A stretch of DNA of 64,000 nt from contig JAUCBJ010000055.1 of the NCBI GenBank assembly GCA_032718475.1, positions 67,051 to 131,050 of the forward strand. The letters are read 5' to 3'. The stretch comes from Nemertoderma westbladi. Its lineage: Eukaryota; Animalia; Xenacoelomorpha. Position numbers and translations under genes: made by a program. The notes beneath the pieces are model-generated. The model made no database searches and was not told the DNA's origin. It saw only the letters and a program-made list of their open reading frames with translations. This document shows, in pieces, positions 11,941-24,499 of the stretch (position 1 is the first letter of the stretch; the number at the start of each line of letters is the position of its first letter).

Positions 11941-14900
11941 TTATTTACTAATATTAGGTGGAGATTTGTAGTCTCCAGACTCGTTACGAGTCTCTTCAAG
12001 AAGTACGAGACGTTGAGTCGGTCTGTCTACTGTACGACCGTCAATTGTCCGTACCGTCACAGTTCTTGTCACTCCATCCATAGATGGATGTGTGGCTAAA
12101 ATTACACCTGTTATCCAGAAGCGTCTTTTTAGATTCACTTCCGCTAACAGCACGTGATCTCCCGGCTTTAATGCGCGGGTGTTATTGTACCATGTTGTTC
12201 TGGCAGAAATAGAGGGCAAATAATGGTTTTGCCATATTTCCCAGAATTTGTTAGCTAGTATTTGTGTGATTTTCCACGCTTTTCTACCGTAGCTATCGCC
12301 TTCCATTGGAAAAGAAATAGGCGTCAAAGTAGTCGGTGCCTGCATAAGCAGGTGTGCCGGTGTCAAAGCAAACTGGGATTGTTTGTCATCGGGTACTAAT
12401 ACTATTGGTCTAGTATTTAGTATTGCCTCGATTTCAACAAACAGTGTTGTCAGTTGGTCGTCTGTCAAAATGTGGTTTACTGGAATGACCTTTGCCATTG
12501 CCGTTTTTATATATCTAATCAATCTCTCCCAGACTCCGCCTCTCCATGGACTATCTGGAGGATTAAACTTCCAAACAATCTTGTAAGGACGTAGTTCGTT
12601 TGAGATTTGATCATGATCTAATTTCTTAAAGGCTCTAGCAATTTCATTTCGAGCACCAACAAAGTTTGTACCTTGGTCTGAGTACAAGCATTTCACTAGT
12701 CCGCGTCTAGCGATAAATCGCCGCAATGCTAGTATAAACGCGTTGGTGGAAAGATCCATCACACGTTCAATATGAACTGCCCTACTGGACATACATGTGA
12801 AAATCAGTCCCCAGCGTTTTACTAGTATACGTCCACGTTTCGTATGTATGGGACCAAAGCAATCAATTCCAGTCTCTGTAAAAGGTGGTCTGAATGCTTG
12901 AAGTCGTGCTTGTGGAAGTTCACTCATTTCTTGAGTGCCTATTCTAGAATGTACCTTTTTACAAATAATACACGTACGTATCACTGAACTTAACGCTTTA
13001 CTGGGTCTAATTAATACAAATCTTGTACGTAAGTAGGAAAGACAGTGGTGTCTTCCAGCGTGTTTCAGATGTAAATGTGTGTCCAGTATCATTGCACGTT
13101 GTAATTCGTGATGCTGCGGTATTATTATTGGGTATCTAAAGTTTGTGTTAAAGTCAATGTTTTGAAGCCGAGATTTATGACAAATTAAGCCATTATAAAT
13201 TATCGGACTCCAACTCAATATTGGTGATGACTTGATTGGTTGACCTTGATTTATAGATGTGAATTCGCGTGCGAAATATCGCAGTTGGTAATGGCGAATT
13301 AATTTAATTTCACACCTGTCAATCTCAGTCAATGTAAGTCGACGTGTAAAGTCTCGTTTGCCTTTAACGTATTGTACAAAACGTACAATCCACGCTAATT
13401 TTCGGCAAGCATTTGTCCAAGAATCTGTTAAGTTTACAATACGGTCGACGTAAGTATTTGTGACGTCATCAGGTAAGTCAATGGAGAATTTGGAAGGTTT
13501 TGATTTACTAGAAGGGCCCACGGGTCCGCCGGTAGGTATTCCCTTGTTGACTGTTGATCCGTCCGGGTCTACAAGTAATTTGTCCTTCTTTGTTTTCTTA
13601 CCTTGATTGTCAGTACTTTGTAAGTCGATCGTTAATGGTGGTTTGAACTCTATGGGGTCACTGGGTTTCGGTAAACTTATTTTTCTGCCGATATTAATCC
13701 CAGGTCTCACCATAGGTTGCAAGTTTGGTATGTCTCTTGAGCGCAAAGTAACACCTGTATTTACATTTACGTAGGTACTACCCACATCTGTAATACATGA
13801 GGTTTCACTGTGCTTATGGTTACTCAAGTGTGTCAAATTTGGTAGTTTGTCAATACAAGGCCGCTCCAATAGGGAAACTGCTGCTTTACTATTTGTCAAT
13901 AGGTTACTAGTACTAGTGTCTGGTAGAACATTTTGTGACATGTCTGGTAGAATGTTTCGCGGAACATCCGCCGAAATATCTAGTGACGTGTCTGGCTAAA
14001 TGTCTGGTTGACCGTCTAGTAACGCGTCTGGTTGACCATCTGGCGATATGTCTGGTGTAGAAAGGGTCGCAAGTCTTCCGTTCTTGACCTTTGAAGTTAT
14101 ATCTTTCCATTTCGCCTTCGGTTTTTTCTTGAGTTTAGCCGCCGTCCTTTTCTTTGCTTTCCCTTTCTTTGGTTTTTTAATTTCGGCGTCTTTAGGGATA
14201 GCGTTAGACTTGTTGTCGTATAGTGGCGGCCAATGTTGTACTGATCTTTGCAAGAATTGTGGTCCGTGTTGCCAAAATTCTTTGTTTTCCGGTTTACAGA
14301 ATTCCTCGGGCATCATTCCTCGCGACGCAATATCAGCTGGATTTTGTGGTCCGGGACAATGTCGCCAATCTTCCTTTATTGAACGGTCTAGAATTTCTGC
14401 GCGACGGTTAGCTACGAATGTCTTGAATTCAAGTGTGTCGTTGTTTATGTAAAATAAAACCAACGTCACGTCAGTCCAATAAAATATCTGTAAACTTGAC
14501 TGTAGTTCCGTCTGTATAAGGTTCACGATTGTGGTTGACAGGGTTGCGGCTTGTAGCTCAGCGCGTGGTGTCGTCATATACTTAGTAGGCATGGTCTTAG
14601 CCTTAGAAGTAATGAGCGAAACATCAAACTCTTCTGAGTCTACTTGTCTGCGCAAGTACGCTGCCACACCAAAGCCGTTGTCACTGGTGTTGGAAAAACA
14701 ATGTAATTCCAAGTTGTCAGGAAACGTCGTTTGTAATGGAAAGTACACTCTGGGTATGGAATAATCCTCTAGTGAAGATAATTGTGCCTCCCAGGTTTTC
14801 CATAAGTCCACTTGTTCTGATGAGATCGGCTCGTCCCATGTCAGTCCATCCTTCCAAATACTGCGCATATAAATTCTGGCTTGCAGTATTATTGGACTGA

Positions 14901-16917
14901 TGAAACCTAATGGATCGAACAATCGACTCAATTTTGATAAGCAGGACCTCTTTGTCAGAGTGTTTTCTTGAGTGTCCAGTCTCACCTTCACTCGAAAGTT
15001 GTCCGTGTTTGGGTCCCAAAAGAGCCCCAACACCTTGGTCGTCGGTAGTGGTTCGAACTCTAGGTCAATGTCACCACCTCCACGCTCAGTCGTTCCGAAT
15101 GAGTCTACCAATTCGGCACTGTTTGAGGCGAATTTGGTGAGGTTAAAACCTCCGCCCGCTAAGCAGTCCCGTAATTGATGTGCTACTGTTATAGCACGTT
15201 CTACTGTGTCACAACTCTGTAACCCGTCGTCTACGTAAAAGTCACGTTCTACGATCTTGATTATCTCTGGGTCATATATATGTTTCTGATCCCTAGCGGC
15301 TTGCTTTAGGGCGTACATCGTACAGTTTGGGCTGTCCCTGGCACCGAAAACGCGAACTTGCATTTGGTAAGTCGCCGGTGGTAGACTTAAGTCTCCTTCC
15401 GGGTACCAGAGGAACCTCAAACTGTCTCTGTCTCGCTCTAACGCTCGCACTTGGTGAAACATAGCTTAGACGTCACAAGTAAAGGCTACTTGACGCTGAC
15501 GGAAGCGCATAATCACCCCCATAAGATAATTATTCATGTTTGGTCCATCCATTAACTCACTATTGAGGGACATTCCCTCAAATAGAGCCGCGCAGTCATT
15601 GACTACATGTACTTTGTCTGGTTTGTCGGGGTGTCTCACATAGTGATGTGGCAAGTAGTATGTCTGGTCAGTCACAATCTCTGGGTTAGTCATTCTGATA
15701 GCGTATCCCTTCGTTAAATACATCTCCATCTGAGTATTATACTGCAGATGGGCTTTCTCGTCCTTTAATAGACGTTGTCGTATTGAGTGTAAACGTCTTA
15801 AGGCTAGCGGATAGTTATTTATAAGTTTAGGACGTTGGTTACGCCATAGCATCCCTACCTCATAATGTCCGTCTTTCGTCTGGCGGATAGTATCTTCCAT
15901 GATCTTCAAAGATTGTTTCTCTTGTTCCGACATACATGGTTCGTAGCTACCAGGTTCGGCTGTATCTTGTTCTAACCACCTGATAGTCTTCTCCGTTAGT
16001 TCTTTGTCCAGTGCAGCTTGTTCCACTTGATGATATCTTAACGCGTCGTCATCGATATCGACGGGCATTGTTGAGGTTATTAGTGTAGATAGACTCGCAA
16101 GCCTTCCGGCGTTATCATCTGTTGTCGATGGAATCTCTGGCTGACTCGTCTTCTCCCCAAGTTCTAAACTCACCTGGTGGATTAGCTGCTCCTTGTGACT
16201 TATCATACTCGCTACACACGTCGTGTCATGTTTTGTCGAATGTAGTGTAGTATAGTCTACGTCGTGTGAAAAGGAATGAGTCGAAGTTGTAGTTAATAAA
16301 CTACATGTACTTTGTATATCGTCTTCCTCGTCACTTATATCCAGTGTGCGCACAGGCGCTTGAGTATACCACCCTATCGGCGTTCTTCAGGCGTATGCGT
16401 TTCCCGCTACGACTGCCGATGGTCTGGTTTCCCACACTTGATGTAGGTTGAATTGATCTGTCCCGATCAGCATTGCTACCGACCTATAGTTGACAGGACA
16501 TTCAGGTACACCAAGGTGTCTGAAGTACTTACGGTCCTCCAAGGATTGTTCTGGGACAGGACCTAGTAGGTTACTAAAGTCCTTTGTGGCCGCAAAGGTT
16601 AAATCTTTAAAGGGTAACAAAGACCTCTCCTTTTTGCTATGTTGCGATTTCGGAAGATGAGTGTCTAAGTTCAACTTAACTCGTGTTACTGGTATTGCAC
16701 GTTGTCCATGCATACTACTTACGGTGTAACTGACGTTCTTACCTTGTCTAAGATCCGTGACGACATCAGCTACCTTCTCATCCACGTAACTATGAGATGA
16801 GGCTGAATCCAGGATAGCGTAGATCCTTTTGCTCCCTTTGGTGCCAGTAATCTTGACAGGAATTATACTAAACCCCTTTAGTTGATCAGGCGTCAGAAGC
16901 GCAATCGATGGTTGTTC
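11941..16917 (-). pseudogene. pol: D pol: aspartic protease, RT, RNase H, integrase (three in-frame stops)
   Basis: AILDSAS protease; FYVDD RT; LHCFSNTS and TPRAELQAA Pao RNase H; HLHLKHAG...CIIC, GIDCFGP, YSDQGTNF, GVWERLI integrase. Stops at 16387, 15466 and 13996 are all in one frame. Confidence 0.95.
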
Positions 16918-16922
16918 GTCTC

Positions 16923-17466
16923 TGTTAGCTTATTCAATCCCGCTAACACCCCATAAAGTTATAAGCCGATAAGCAATATTGGGAGCCACGAGATTGGGTA
17001 ATTAGCCAACTCGTGCCATCCCAATAAGAATGGGAAGGAAACACACAACGAGGGTCAGGGGCCAAACCCCTAACCCAGAGAGAATAGGTGGAGTGAACGG
17101 GAACACTCCAAAGGGCGCCAACAAGGGTATCAACCAATCAGAGGGGGAAAGGCATCGATTAGGTAGAGTAACAAGGCCAACCGTGCAATATAGCCACTTG
17201 GCAGTAATCATATCAATTCAGTTATCTCAGTGCAATACCGGTGCTAGATTAGGTTACATAGTTTAGCTAGGGAAGGACCGGGACTTTAGTTACCGTATCC
17301 CGCCTTCCGTATACGACAATATTATCTCATATCTATATCTATATCTATATCTGCATACCCGAATATTATATACGACAAACAGCACAAACTCATTCACTCT
17401 TTATACACGGCGGGGACGCGTGAACTAACAACGGATAAACCGGGATCCCTCTTGGATCCCGTCACA
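16923..17466 (+). repeat. 5' LTR of B
   Basis: TGTTAGC...CCCGTCACA, direct repeat of 25749-26293. Confidence 0.97.
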
Positions 17467-17497
17467 GTAACTAAACCAGAGCTGCCGCCCTAGCTAA
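17467..17497 (+). promoter_or_regulatory. PBS position of B: non-tRNA, complementary to own LTR
   Basis: GTAACTAAA (17467-17475) pairs with TTTAGTTAC (17285-17293). CCCTAGCTAA (17488-17497) pairs with TTAGCTAGGG (17263-17272). Confidence 0.7.
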
Positions 17498-17538
17498 CTA
17501 GACTCAGCAACCACCAGCCACCAACCTGCAGAAGAGAG

Positions 17539-20500
17539 ATGAGTCGGTCAGGTGACACGACACCGACGCGGACCCCGGACGAAGAGCTAACGATCCGCGA
17601 GGCCGCGACCAGGCGGTATAGGCCCACGACACCGGAGCCATCGATAAGGGGCGACCCGGAAGTTCAAGATGAGGGGGACCGTCTGGAGTCAGAAGCTGAG
17701 TCGAGAGGAGGGGGAATCGAGTTGGAGGATAGAGAGAACGAGCTCGAGGGTGAAGGAGACGGGTCGACACGGGACAGGGGTCGACGCACCAGTGTCGCCG
17801 GCCAGCCACAGGCCGAGGGCGACGAGCGGCCCACCGAAACGGCGACGGTGGGGCCGACGGTGCGGCGCCGGACGCGGAGAAACGGAGGAGAAATCGGTAC
17901 CGATGTCGCCGGCCAGCCACAGGCCGAGGGCGACGGACGGCCCACCGGAACGGCGACGGTGGGGCCGCCGGTACGACGTCGAACCAGGAGAGACGGACGA
18001 GAGGTCGGCGACGAGGACGTCGGGGTTTCTGAGCGACTTCGACGGGCCTACAACGCGACCCGGAGACTACTAGAGGAGGCCAGAAAGGGGAAAGCGATAG
18101 ACGAGAAGGGTTGCCGAGGAACTGTATGACTCATGGCGGCATGGGGGTATACAACCTAGTGTAGTGTACATAGGGCCATATTTAATCGATGCCCGGGGTA
18201 TAAAATTAGTGGGTTGGAACAGACCTGAGGAGGGCGAATCCGAGGCGGACCCCGCGGTTTTGGTCTCGTCGGTCGGAGGGAGTTCCGGGAGGAGGGGGAA
18301 AGTTAGTAGATCGGGAAGGCGGAGGGAATCCTTCACAACCGATAAGTCTGCTACATCCTCCGCGAAAGAAAGACGGGTGAGAGAGATAGTCGCTAGGTAC
18401 CGTCTCAATCTAGCAGTGCAAGGTAATAGATAAGTAGGTAGACGGCTAGAGGAAGGGAGAGTGCTGCTAGAGAGGGAAATGGTGTCGATTGGAGAGATAA
18501 GAGAGAGGGCCGAAAGGGCCGTGAGGAGCCTTAGGGAGTATGATGAAATAGAGTTGAAGGAACAAGAGGAGCGTGTGGCGAGAGAGAAAAGCGAACGCGA
18601 GAAGCGTGAAGCGAGGGAGGAAAGTGAACGCAGAGAGCGTGAAGCGAGGGAGGAGAGTGAGCGTAGAGAGCGTGAGGCGAGGCAAAGGGAGGGGATTAGG
18701 AGAGAGATGGAATTGGCCGAGCAGAGCGAATGGGAGGCTATGGATAAAATAGCAAAAGTGGAGCGTGAGCGGAAAGAATTGGAGAAACAGCGAGACAAAC
18801 TCGTAGAGTATGAAGCCGTACACACGCGTGAGGTGGAACTGGCGCAGATGGGGGCGTCTGAGAGCGAGGCTGGCTCGAGTATTTTTGAGGAGCCGGGGGC
18901 CGTGGATACATTTATTAATGCCCCACTTGCGGGGACCGCACGACAGACCCAAGACTGGTGTGACCGTGCTGGCCGGGGGGGGGGGTAATAATGATAATGG
19001 TACAGTAGACGTGGTTAATATTAATAGTACCGTATGGGATAATTCTAATCAATCCTTTATTGCAGGAAATACTTTGCCTAGTGATAGTAATTTAAATTTA
19101 AATCAGAACAACCCTAATATTAACGTAGAAAATAATTCTAATATTAATGTAGCTAGACAAAATAATCAAAATAATCAAAATAATAACCCAAATTCGAACC
19201 TACAAAATAATTTAAGTAACGCAATTACACAAAATAATCCAAATAATTTAAATAATGATCCGAGCCCGAATTTACAAAATAATTCAGATAGTGTAGTCGC
19301 GCAAAGTAATTCAAATGATTTTATTTCGAACGAACAAATTAATTCCGTTTCCAATATGAGTGCTATTAACGTAAACACGTCGGGCGTGTATAGCCAGACA
19401 GACGGGGGCCTGGTAGGCCACGTAGTTGGTAGGCAGGGAGTGGCTGGGTTAGGTAGACCCAGTGAGGGCCTGGTAGGTCACGTAGTTGGTAGGCAGGGAG
19501 TGGCTGGGTTGAATAGACCCAGCGAGGGCCTGGTAGGCCACACAGTTGGTAGGCAGGGAGTAGCTGGGTTAGGTAGACCCAGCGAGGGCCTGGTAGGCCA
19601 CGTAGTTGGTAGGCAGGGAGTGGCTGGGTTGAATAGACCCAGCGAGGGCCTGGTAGGCCACATAGTTGGTTTGGCAGGGAGTAGAGGGCCTGGTAGGCCA
19701 CGCAATAGCAGAGGGAGAGGCGGGGGTGAATAGACCCGACCGTGGTAGGGTTGATGTGTCGACTGGAGAGGGATATAGTAGAGGGGTGAGGAGTAGCGAA
19801 GTTAGATGTGGCGAGTGGGGGGGGGGGGGGGGGCTACGAGAACCCCACAACAGCGAGTTAGCGGCGAAAGGGGGGGGCAGAGAGTGTCCCACAGCCGTCA
19901 GCGGATAATGCGCGGACCGAAATAGGTAAACCGCAACAACCGGCGACGGAAAGTAATAGGGGGATTGCGAGTATCCCCAGCGGCGTGCGACCGAGCAGAG
20001 AGAGACAGGTTGACATCGTAAGAGGGCGGACGAAGCGTCGAGCCCGATCAGAAGAGGGAAGAAGAACAGTGGGGTTTAACCGGGAGGTCGACGAGAGATC
20101 TCACGAGCGGGAATACTCCACTGAAAGGAGAAGAAGAGAAGACAGTAGTAGAGGTATCGCCGCGAACGATAGAAGAGCGAGGACGGATAGCGAGCCGTCG
20201 GTAGTTGAGATGAGAACGGAGAGTCAGTGGGGTCGGACTCCGGGAGATTGCCGTCGCCCCGGAGAGATGCGACCCGGCGAGGCGCACTACGCGCCGATGG
20301 AGGGGTACGCGATGTACCGGTACAAAGACGAGAACAGTAGAGGGGGGGGTCGAAGAGAAACTTTCCGACGGAATACACCTATCGATCGAGAATACGGTAG
20401 CCGCGGGGAGGATTATTCGAGAAGAATAAACTTCGATCCCGAGCGACACATGCAGACTGTAGGACATACTGTAGGCCTTACTGCACATACCATAGGCCAT

Positions 20501-20816
20501 ACTGAGAGAGGCAATGTAGGCGATAGGATGGCGTGGACAACGGGATTAAACCCGGAAGTCGCGGAATACATACCGGCGAGTAGGCCAGAAGCTGATAGGC
20601 CTATACCGGTACCAGCACTGCAGTATGACTACAGCATGCAGGGACATAACATATACCCAGGGGAGGGGGGAATTATTGCGGATAGGTGTATGGGCCCCAA
20701 CATATTAACATCAACCCCAGTACCAAACATACCGGTGGGGGGGGGGGGGACAGGGTGACATTCCCCCATCACAATATCAACAATATACCCCGATAGGAGC
20801 AAGAACAACGAGACCC
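17539..20816 (+). pseudogene. gag: B gag N-terminal region, frameshifted (several breaks at G-runs)
   Basis: ORFs 17539-18129, 18461-18988, 18810-19733 and 19985-20758 are collinear with A gag. 60-bp tandem repeats at ~19405-19700. Confidence 0.8.
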
Positions 20817-23453
20817 TTGGATGAGAATAGGTCGTGTGATACAGAAATATGGAGGGGGCCGCTACCCCCGATGACATACCCAAGTCAGAGAAAGTCAAGA
20901 AATAGGACGGACGAGCCGCACCAGACAGGAGAAACTATGCAGCACCCATCGAATCCATTGGAAGCGCAGGCGATGGGGATGGCCACGTTGATCGATGCGT
21001 TGAAAACGAGGATCGAGTTACCACCCGTGGAACCATTCAAATTCGATGGGAGCAGGCCGGAAGAATATCTACAGTTTCGGCGCATGTATAGTAACGAAAT
21101 ACTAACAAAGAACTTGACGCAGGCGGAGTGCCTAAAGTATCTGCAAGTATACACGGGAGGCCCAGCATACGACATCGTGAGGCAATATCAAGGAATAGAG
21201 GGCGGCTTCACGACAGCATGGAGGGCACTGGATAGGGAATACGGGCACCCGGCCAAGATCATCAGACAGACACTGAGAGGCATAACATCGGGTGGCCTAC
21301 AGGATAATCCCGTTAGCATTAAGACGTTTGCTAACAAAGTCGAAAAGGCGCTGATCGTGCTGAAGACGCTAGACGCGCCATACGAGCTCAATGCGTCCAA
21401 TAACATCACCACGATAGCGCAGGCACTACCGAGTTGGATGCGCAACAAGTGGAGGAAAATTGCTTTCTCCACTCGAGAAAAGAAGGGTGCGGAACCGGGT
21501 TTAGAAGAAATGTCAAACTTCTTAAACTACGAGGCTGAGATAATAACTGACCCAGTCTACAGCGAAGATAGCCTGGGAAAGGGACCGAAGACGGATTACC
21601 ATAGACCGAAACCAGAGCACAATACATCAAACGCATTACCGAGGCTCAGGCAATCATTGCCATATGCAGCGACGCAGGGGACTGCAAGTCCACAGCTAGC
21701 CGAAGATGAGACAACACCATGGAACGGACAGGGGAACAATAACAGCACGAATAAACATAACCCCAGTACGTCCAGTAGGCTGAATCCAAACAATAAGAAT
21801 AGTAGGGACTTTGGTACGAACGCAACTGCGATACGCAATGCGCTGTATAAAGAGGGCTACGACCCAAAGAGCAAATGCCAGCTACATGCAAATGCGCTTC
21901 ATCAAACCATGAACTGCAGGTACTGGCAGGCGCTACCTAGGCAAGATCAGATAGATTATGCGTTGAGCAATAATATCTGCTCGCGATGTGTAATGAGTGG
22001 ACATAGAGCAAGGGAGTGCAAGGAGAAGCCGATAAAATTTGGTCAGAGAAGAGGCCAAACGATGGCGACGAGCACAGTAGGAGCGAAGAAGAGAGGAACG
22101 GTGCTACTTGGAGTAGTACCCGTGCGAGTGATTGGGGAAGGCAATCGATCAGTAACAACGCTAATGCTGGTTGATAGTGGAGCTGCCTTCACATTAGTTG
22201 AGGAATGGGTGGCCGAAGAGATAGGATTGAGAACGAGGCCAAGCAGAATGGCGGTAACAACCATATCTAGCAAAGATGAGATCCTGGAGATGAGAACAGG
22301 AAGGTGCGCAATTGCAGCAGTGGCACCAGGATGCGACTATGGGGCAACCATCGACCCCATCCAAGTGATAGAGTCAATTAATATCAATGCCAGGCGGCCA
22401 ACCAACATCGAGGTCAAGCAGTATAAATTTCTGGACGACATTGACTTCTCAATCCCAGACGTGGACGTTAGGAAGGTATCCATCATAGTAGGGATGGACT
22501 GCCCAACGGCCCACGAAAGAATGCAAACGGTCTTCGGCGAAGACAAGCAGTGTGACCCGGTGGCGATATTAACACCATTCGGGTGGACACTGACAGGCCC
22601 AATTAAGAGTAATATACCATTCCATGCGTCTGAGAGTTCAGGATGCATGGTGCCAGGAACTGTCGATGAGATAGAGGAGAGGCCAGAGATGGGCAATAGT
22701 GGTAGACAGCTAGAAGTGGAAGCAACACCACGAGAGTGGGCGGAGGAGAATGGCATGGATGCAGAAGATCTAGAGACGATGGGTTGGAACAAGAGTCCCA
22801 GCAAGAATCGGTATGGAGATGGAGAGGAGCGGACGGCAAAATGTCCGGGGGACAGGCCGGAGGAGTGTCCGGAAGAGATGCCGGTCCGGTTGGGAGGCAT
22901 GCCGACAAGGGGGAGGCCGAGCAGGAGGACTAAATGGAAAGGGAGAAGACTTGAGACGATCAGACCAGGGGCAGAGAAGCCAGTGGGTGGGCGTGTGATG
23001 GACAAAGGATCCGGGAAAGTAGGAGGCGTGCTGCATACGCACGCGGGACTGACAGAGTGTGAGGGGGCATTACATGGGCAGAGACCGTGTATACCGAAGG
23101 ACGAACGGGGGTCGTCGAGGCCTTTAATGCCAGCACACATATTAAGGGGGAGGCCAGCAGAGGTGGCATCTAAGATTAAGGAGAAGAACAGGGGCGGCAT
23201 TATACCGCCGGGTGACACGTTGAAGGGTGGCACTTTGCCGCCAAGGGACGACCACGAGATCAGAAACATAAATAGCAGACAGCATTTCCAAAAACAGGAG
23301 AAAAGACCACCTATCGAATTGACAAGGAGAGCGGAGCGAAGAATTAGAGAACCTATAGGGGGGCAGTGGGAGAGTTGCCTGCTGGAGGAATCACCCCTTG
23401 GGTCGCTGAGTTGTCCAAAAGGTTGGACTGGGATGGAAGAGTTAGATCCGTAA
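20817..23453 (+). CDS. gag: B gag core (Pao-type capsid region, zinc knuckles) plus aspartic protease plus non-pol tail
   Basis: PFKFDGSRPEEYLQF; CQLHANALHQTMNC; CSRCVMSGHRAREC; MLVDSGA; AILTPFGW. No RT motif follows. Confidence 0.85.
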   Translation: MDENRSCDTEIWRGPLPPMTYPSQRKSRNRTDEPHQTGETMQHPSNPLEAQAMGMATLIDALKTRIELPPVEPFKFDGSRPEEYLQFRRMYSNEILTKNLTQAECLKYLQVYTGGPAYDIVRQYQGIEGGFTTAWRALDREYGHPAKIIRQTLRGITSGGLQDNPVSIKTFANKVEKALIVLKTLDAPYELNASNNITTIAQALPSWMRNKWRKIAFSTREKKGAEPGLEEMSNFLNYEAEIITDPVYSEDSLGKGPKTDYHRPKPEHNTSNALPRLRQSLPYAATQGTASPQLAEDETTPWNGQGNNNSTNKHNPSTSSRLNPNNKNSRDFGTNATAIRNALYKEGYDPKSKCQLHANALHQTMNCRYWQALPRQDQIDYALSNNICSRCVMSGHRARECKEKPIKFGQRRGQTMATSTVGAKKRGTVLLGVVPVRVIGEGNRSVTTLMLVDSGAAFTLVEEWVAEEIGLRTRPSRMAVTTISSKDEILEMRTGRCAIAAVAPGCDYGATIDPIQVIESININARRPTNIEVKQYKFLDDIDFSIPDVDVRKVSIIVGMDCPTAHERMQTVFGEDKQCDPVAILTPFGWTLTGPIKSNIPFHASESSGCMVPGTVDEIEERPEMGNSGRQLEVEATPREWAEENGMDAEDLETMGWNKSPSKNRYGDGEERTAKCPGDRPEECPEEMPVRLGGMPTRGRPSRRTKWKGRRLETIRPGAEKPVGGRVMDKGSGKVGGVLHTHAGLTECEGALHGQRPCIPKDERGSSRPLMPAHILRGRPAEVASKIKEKNRGGIIPPGDTLKGGTLPPRDDHEIRNINSRQHFQKQEKRPPIELTRRAERRIREPIGGQWESCLLEESPLGSLSCPKGWTGMEELDP

Positions 23454-23649
23454 AAGGTGCGGGCAGAAGTGTTACCTGTCTGCTAGAAGGAGCACCTTAA
23501 CTTGGAGTTAGAGTAGAGTTTAGTCGTCCAAGATTTGGACTGAGGGGGGTGGGATTGAGGGCGAGACGCCCTTCCCACACAAATAAAATAAAAATAAAAT
23601 AAAAATAATAAGTACACAGTAGGTACGCAGTTAGTAGGCAGAAGTTAGT

Positions 23650-24185
23650 TAAGAGGTACGTAATACCTAGTTAGTTAGTTAGATAGGAGGTACGTAGTAC
23701 CGATAGTTAGTTAGAGAGTTAGAGGGTACGTAAGTACCGATAGTTAGTTAGAGAGTTAGAGGGTACGTAAGTACCGCTAGTTAGTTAGAGAGTTAGAGGG
23801 TACGTAAGTACCGCTAGTTAGTTAGAGAGTTAGAGGGTACGTAAGTACCGTTAGTTAGTTAGAGAGTTAGAGGGTACGTAAGTACCGTTAGTTAGTTAGA
23901 GAGTTAGAGGGTACGTAGTACCGTTAGAGAAGAGTTAGAGTTAGGGTACGTAGTACCGTTAGTTAGAGAAGAGTTAGAGGGTACGTAGTACCGTTAGTTA
24001 GAGGAGAGTTAGAGGGTACGTAGTACCATTAGAGAAGAGTTAGAGTTAGGGTACGTAGTACCGTTAGTTAGAGAAGAGTTAGAGGGTACGTAGTACCGTT
24101 AGTTAGAGGAGAGTTAGAGGGTACGTAGTACCGTTAGTTAGAGAAGAGTTAGAGTTAGAGGGTACGTAGTACCGTTAGTTAGAGA
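23650..24185 (+). repeat. Tandem array (~30-36-bp unit, core GAGTTAGAGGGTACGTAGTACCGTTAGTTA) in B
   Basis: About 15 imperfect copies; homologous array in A at ~29040-29540 (-). Confidence 0.9.
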
Positions 24186-24499
24186 GAGAGAGTAAGAGGT
24201 AGAAGGGTATATAAGATATAGATATTAGTTAGCAGTTAGTAGCGTTAGTAGCGAGAGGAGGGCATATGAGTACAGCTGGGTAAATTGTGTGGCCACACGA
24301 CGCACACTGCTGTACTGCATAGGCCCACAGAGTAGGCCAGAATGTGGATTAGGGAATAGAATAATCAATAGGAAGCAGTAAGGTAGTAGGATTGAAATTA
24401 AATCAAAAATAAAATTAGAATAAGAATAGGGCTAAGAAGGGGAACAAATTATGGTAACAGTAGTAAGAATAGGCAATAACTCAGAAATTCAGAAAGAGA

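Noticed and set aside
22337-23269. Antisense ORFs such as this 310-aa frame
   Set aside because: Shadows of purine-biased sense ORFs, with no recognisable motifs.
23650-24185. CRISPR-like or telomeric array (TTAG-rich)
   Set aside because: No unique spacers and no cas genes. The unit is 30-36 bp and internal to a retrotransposon.
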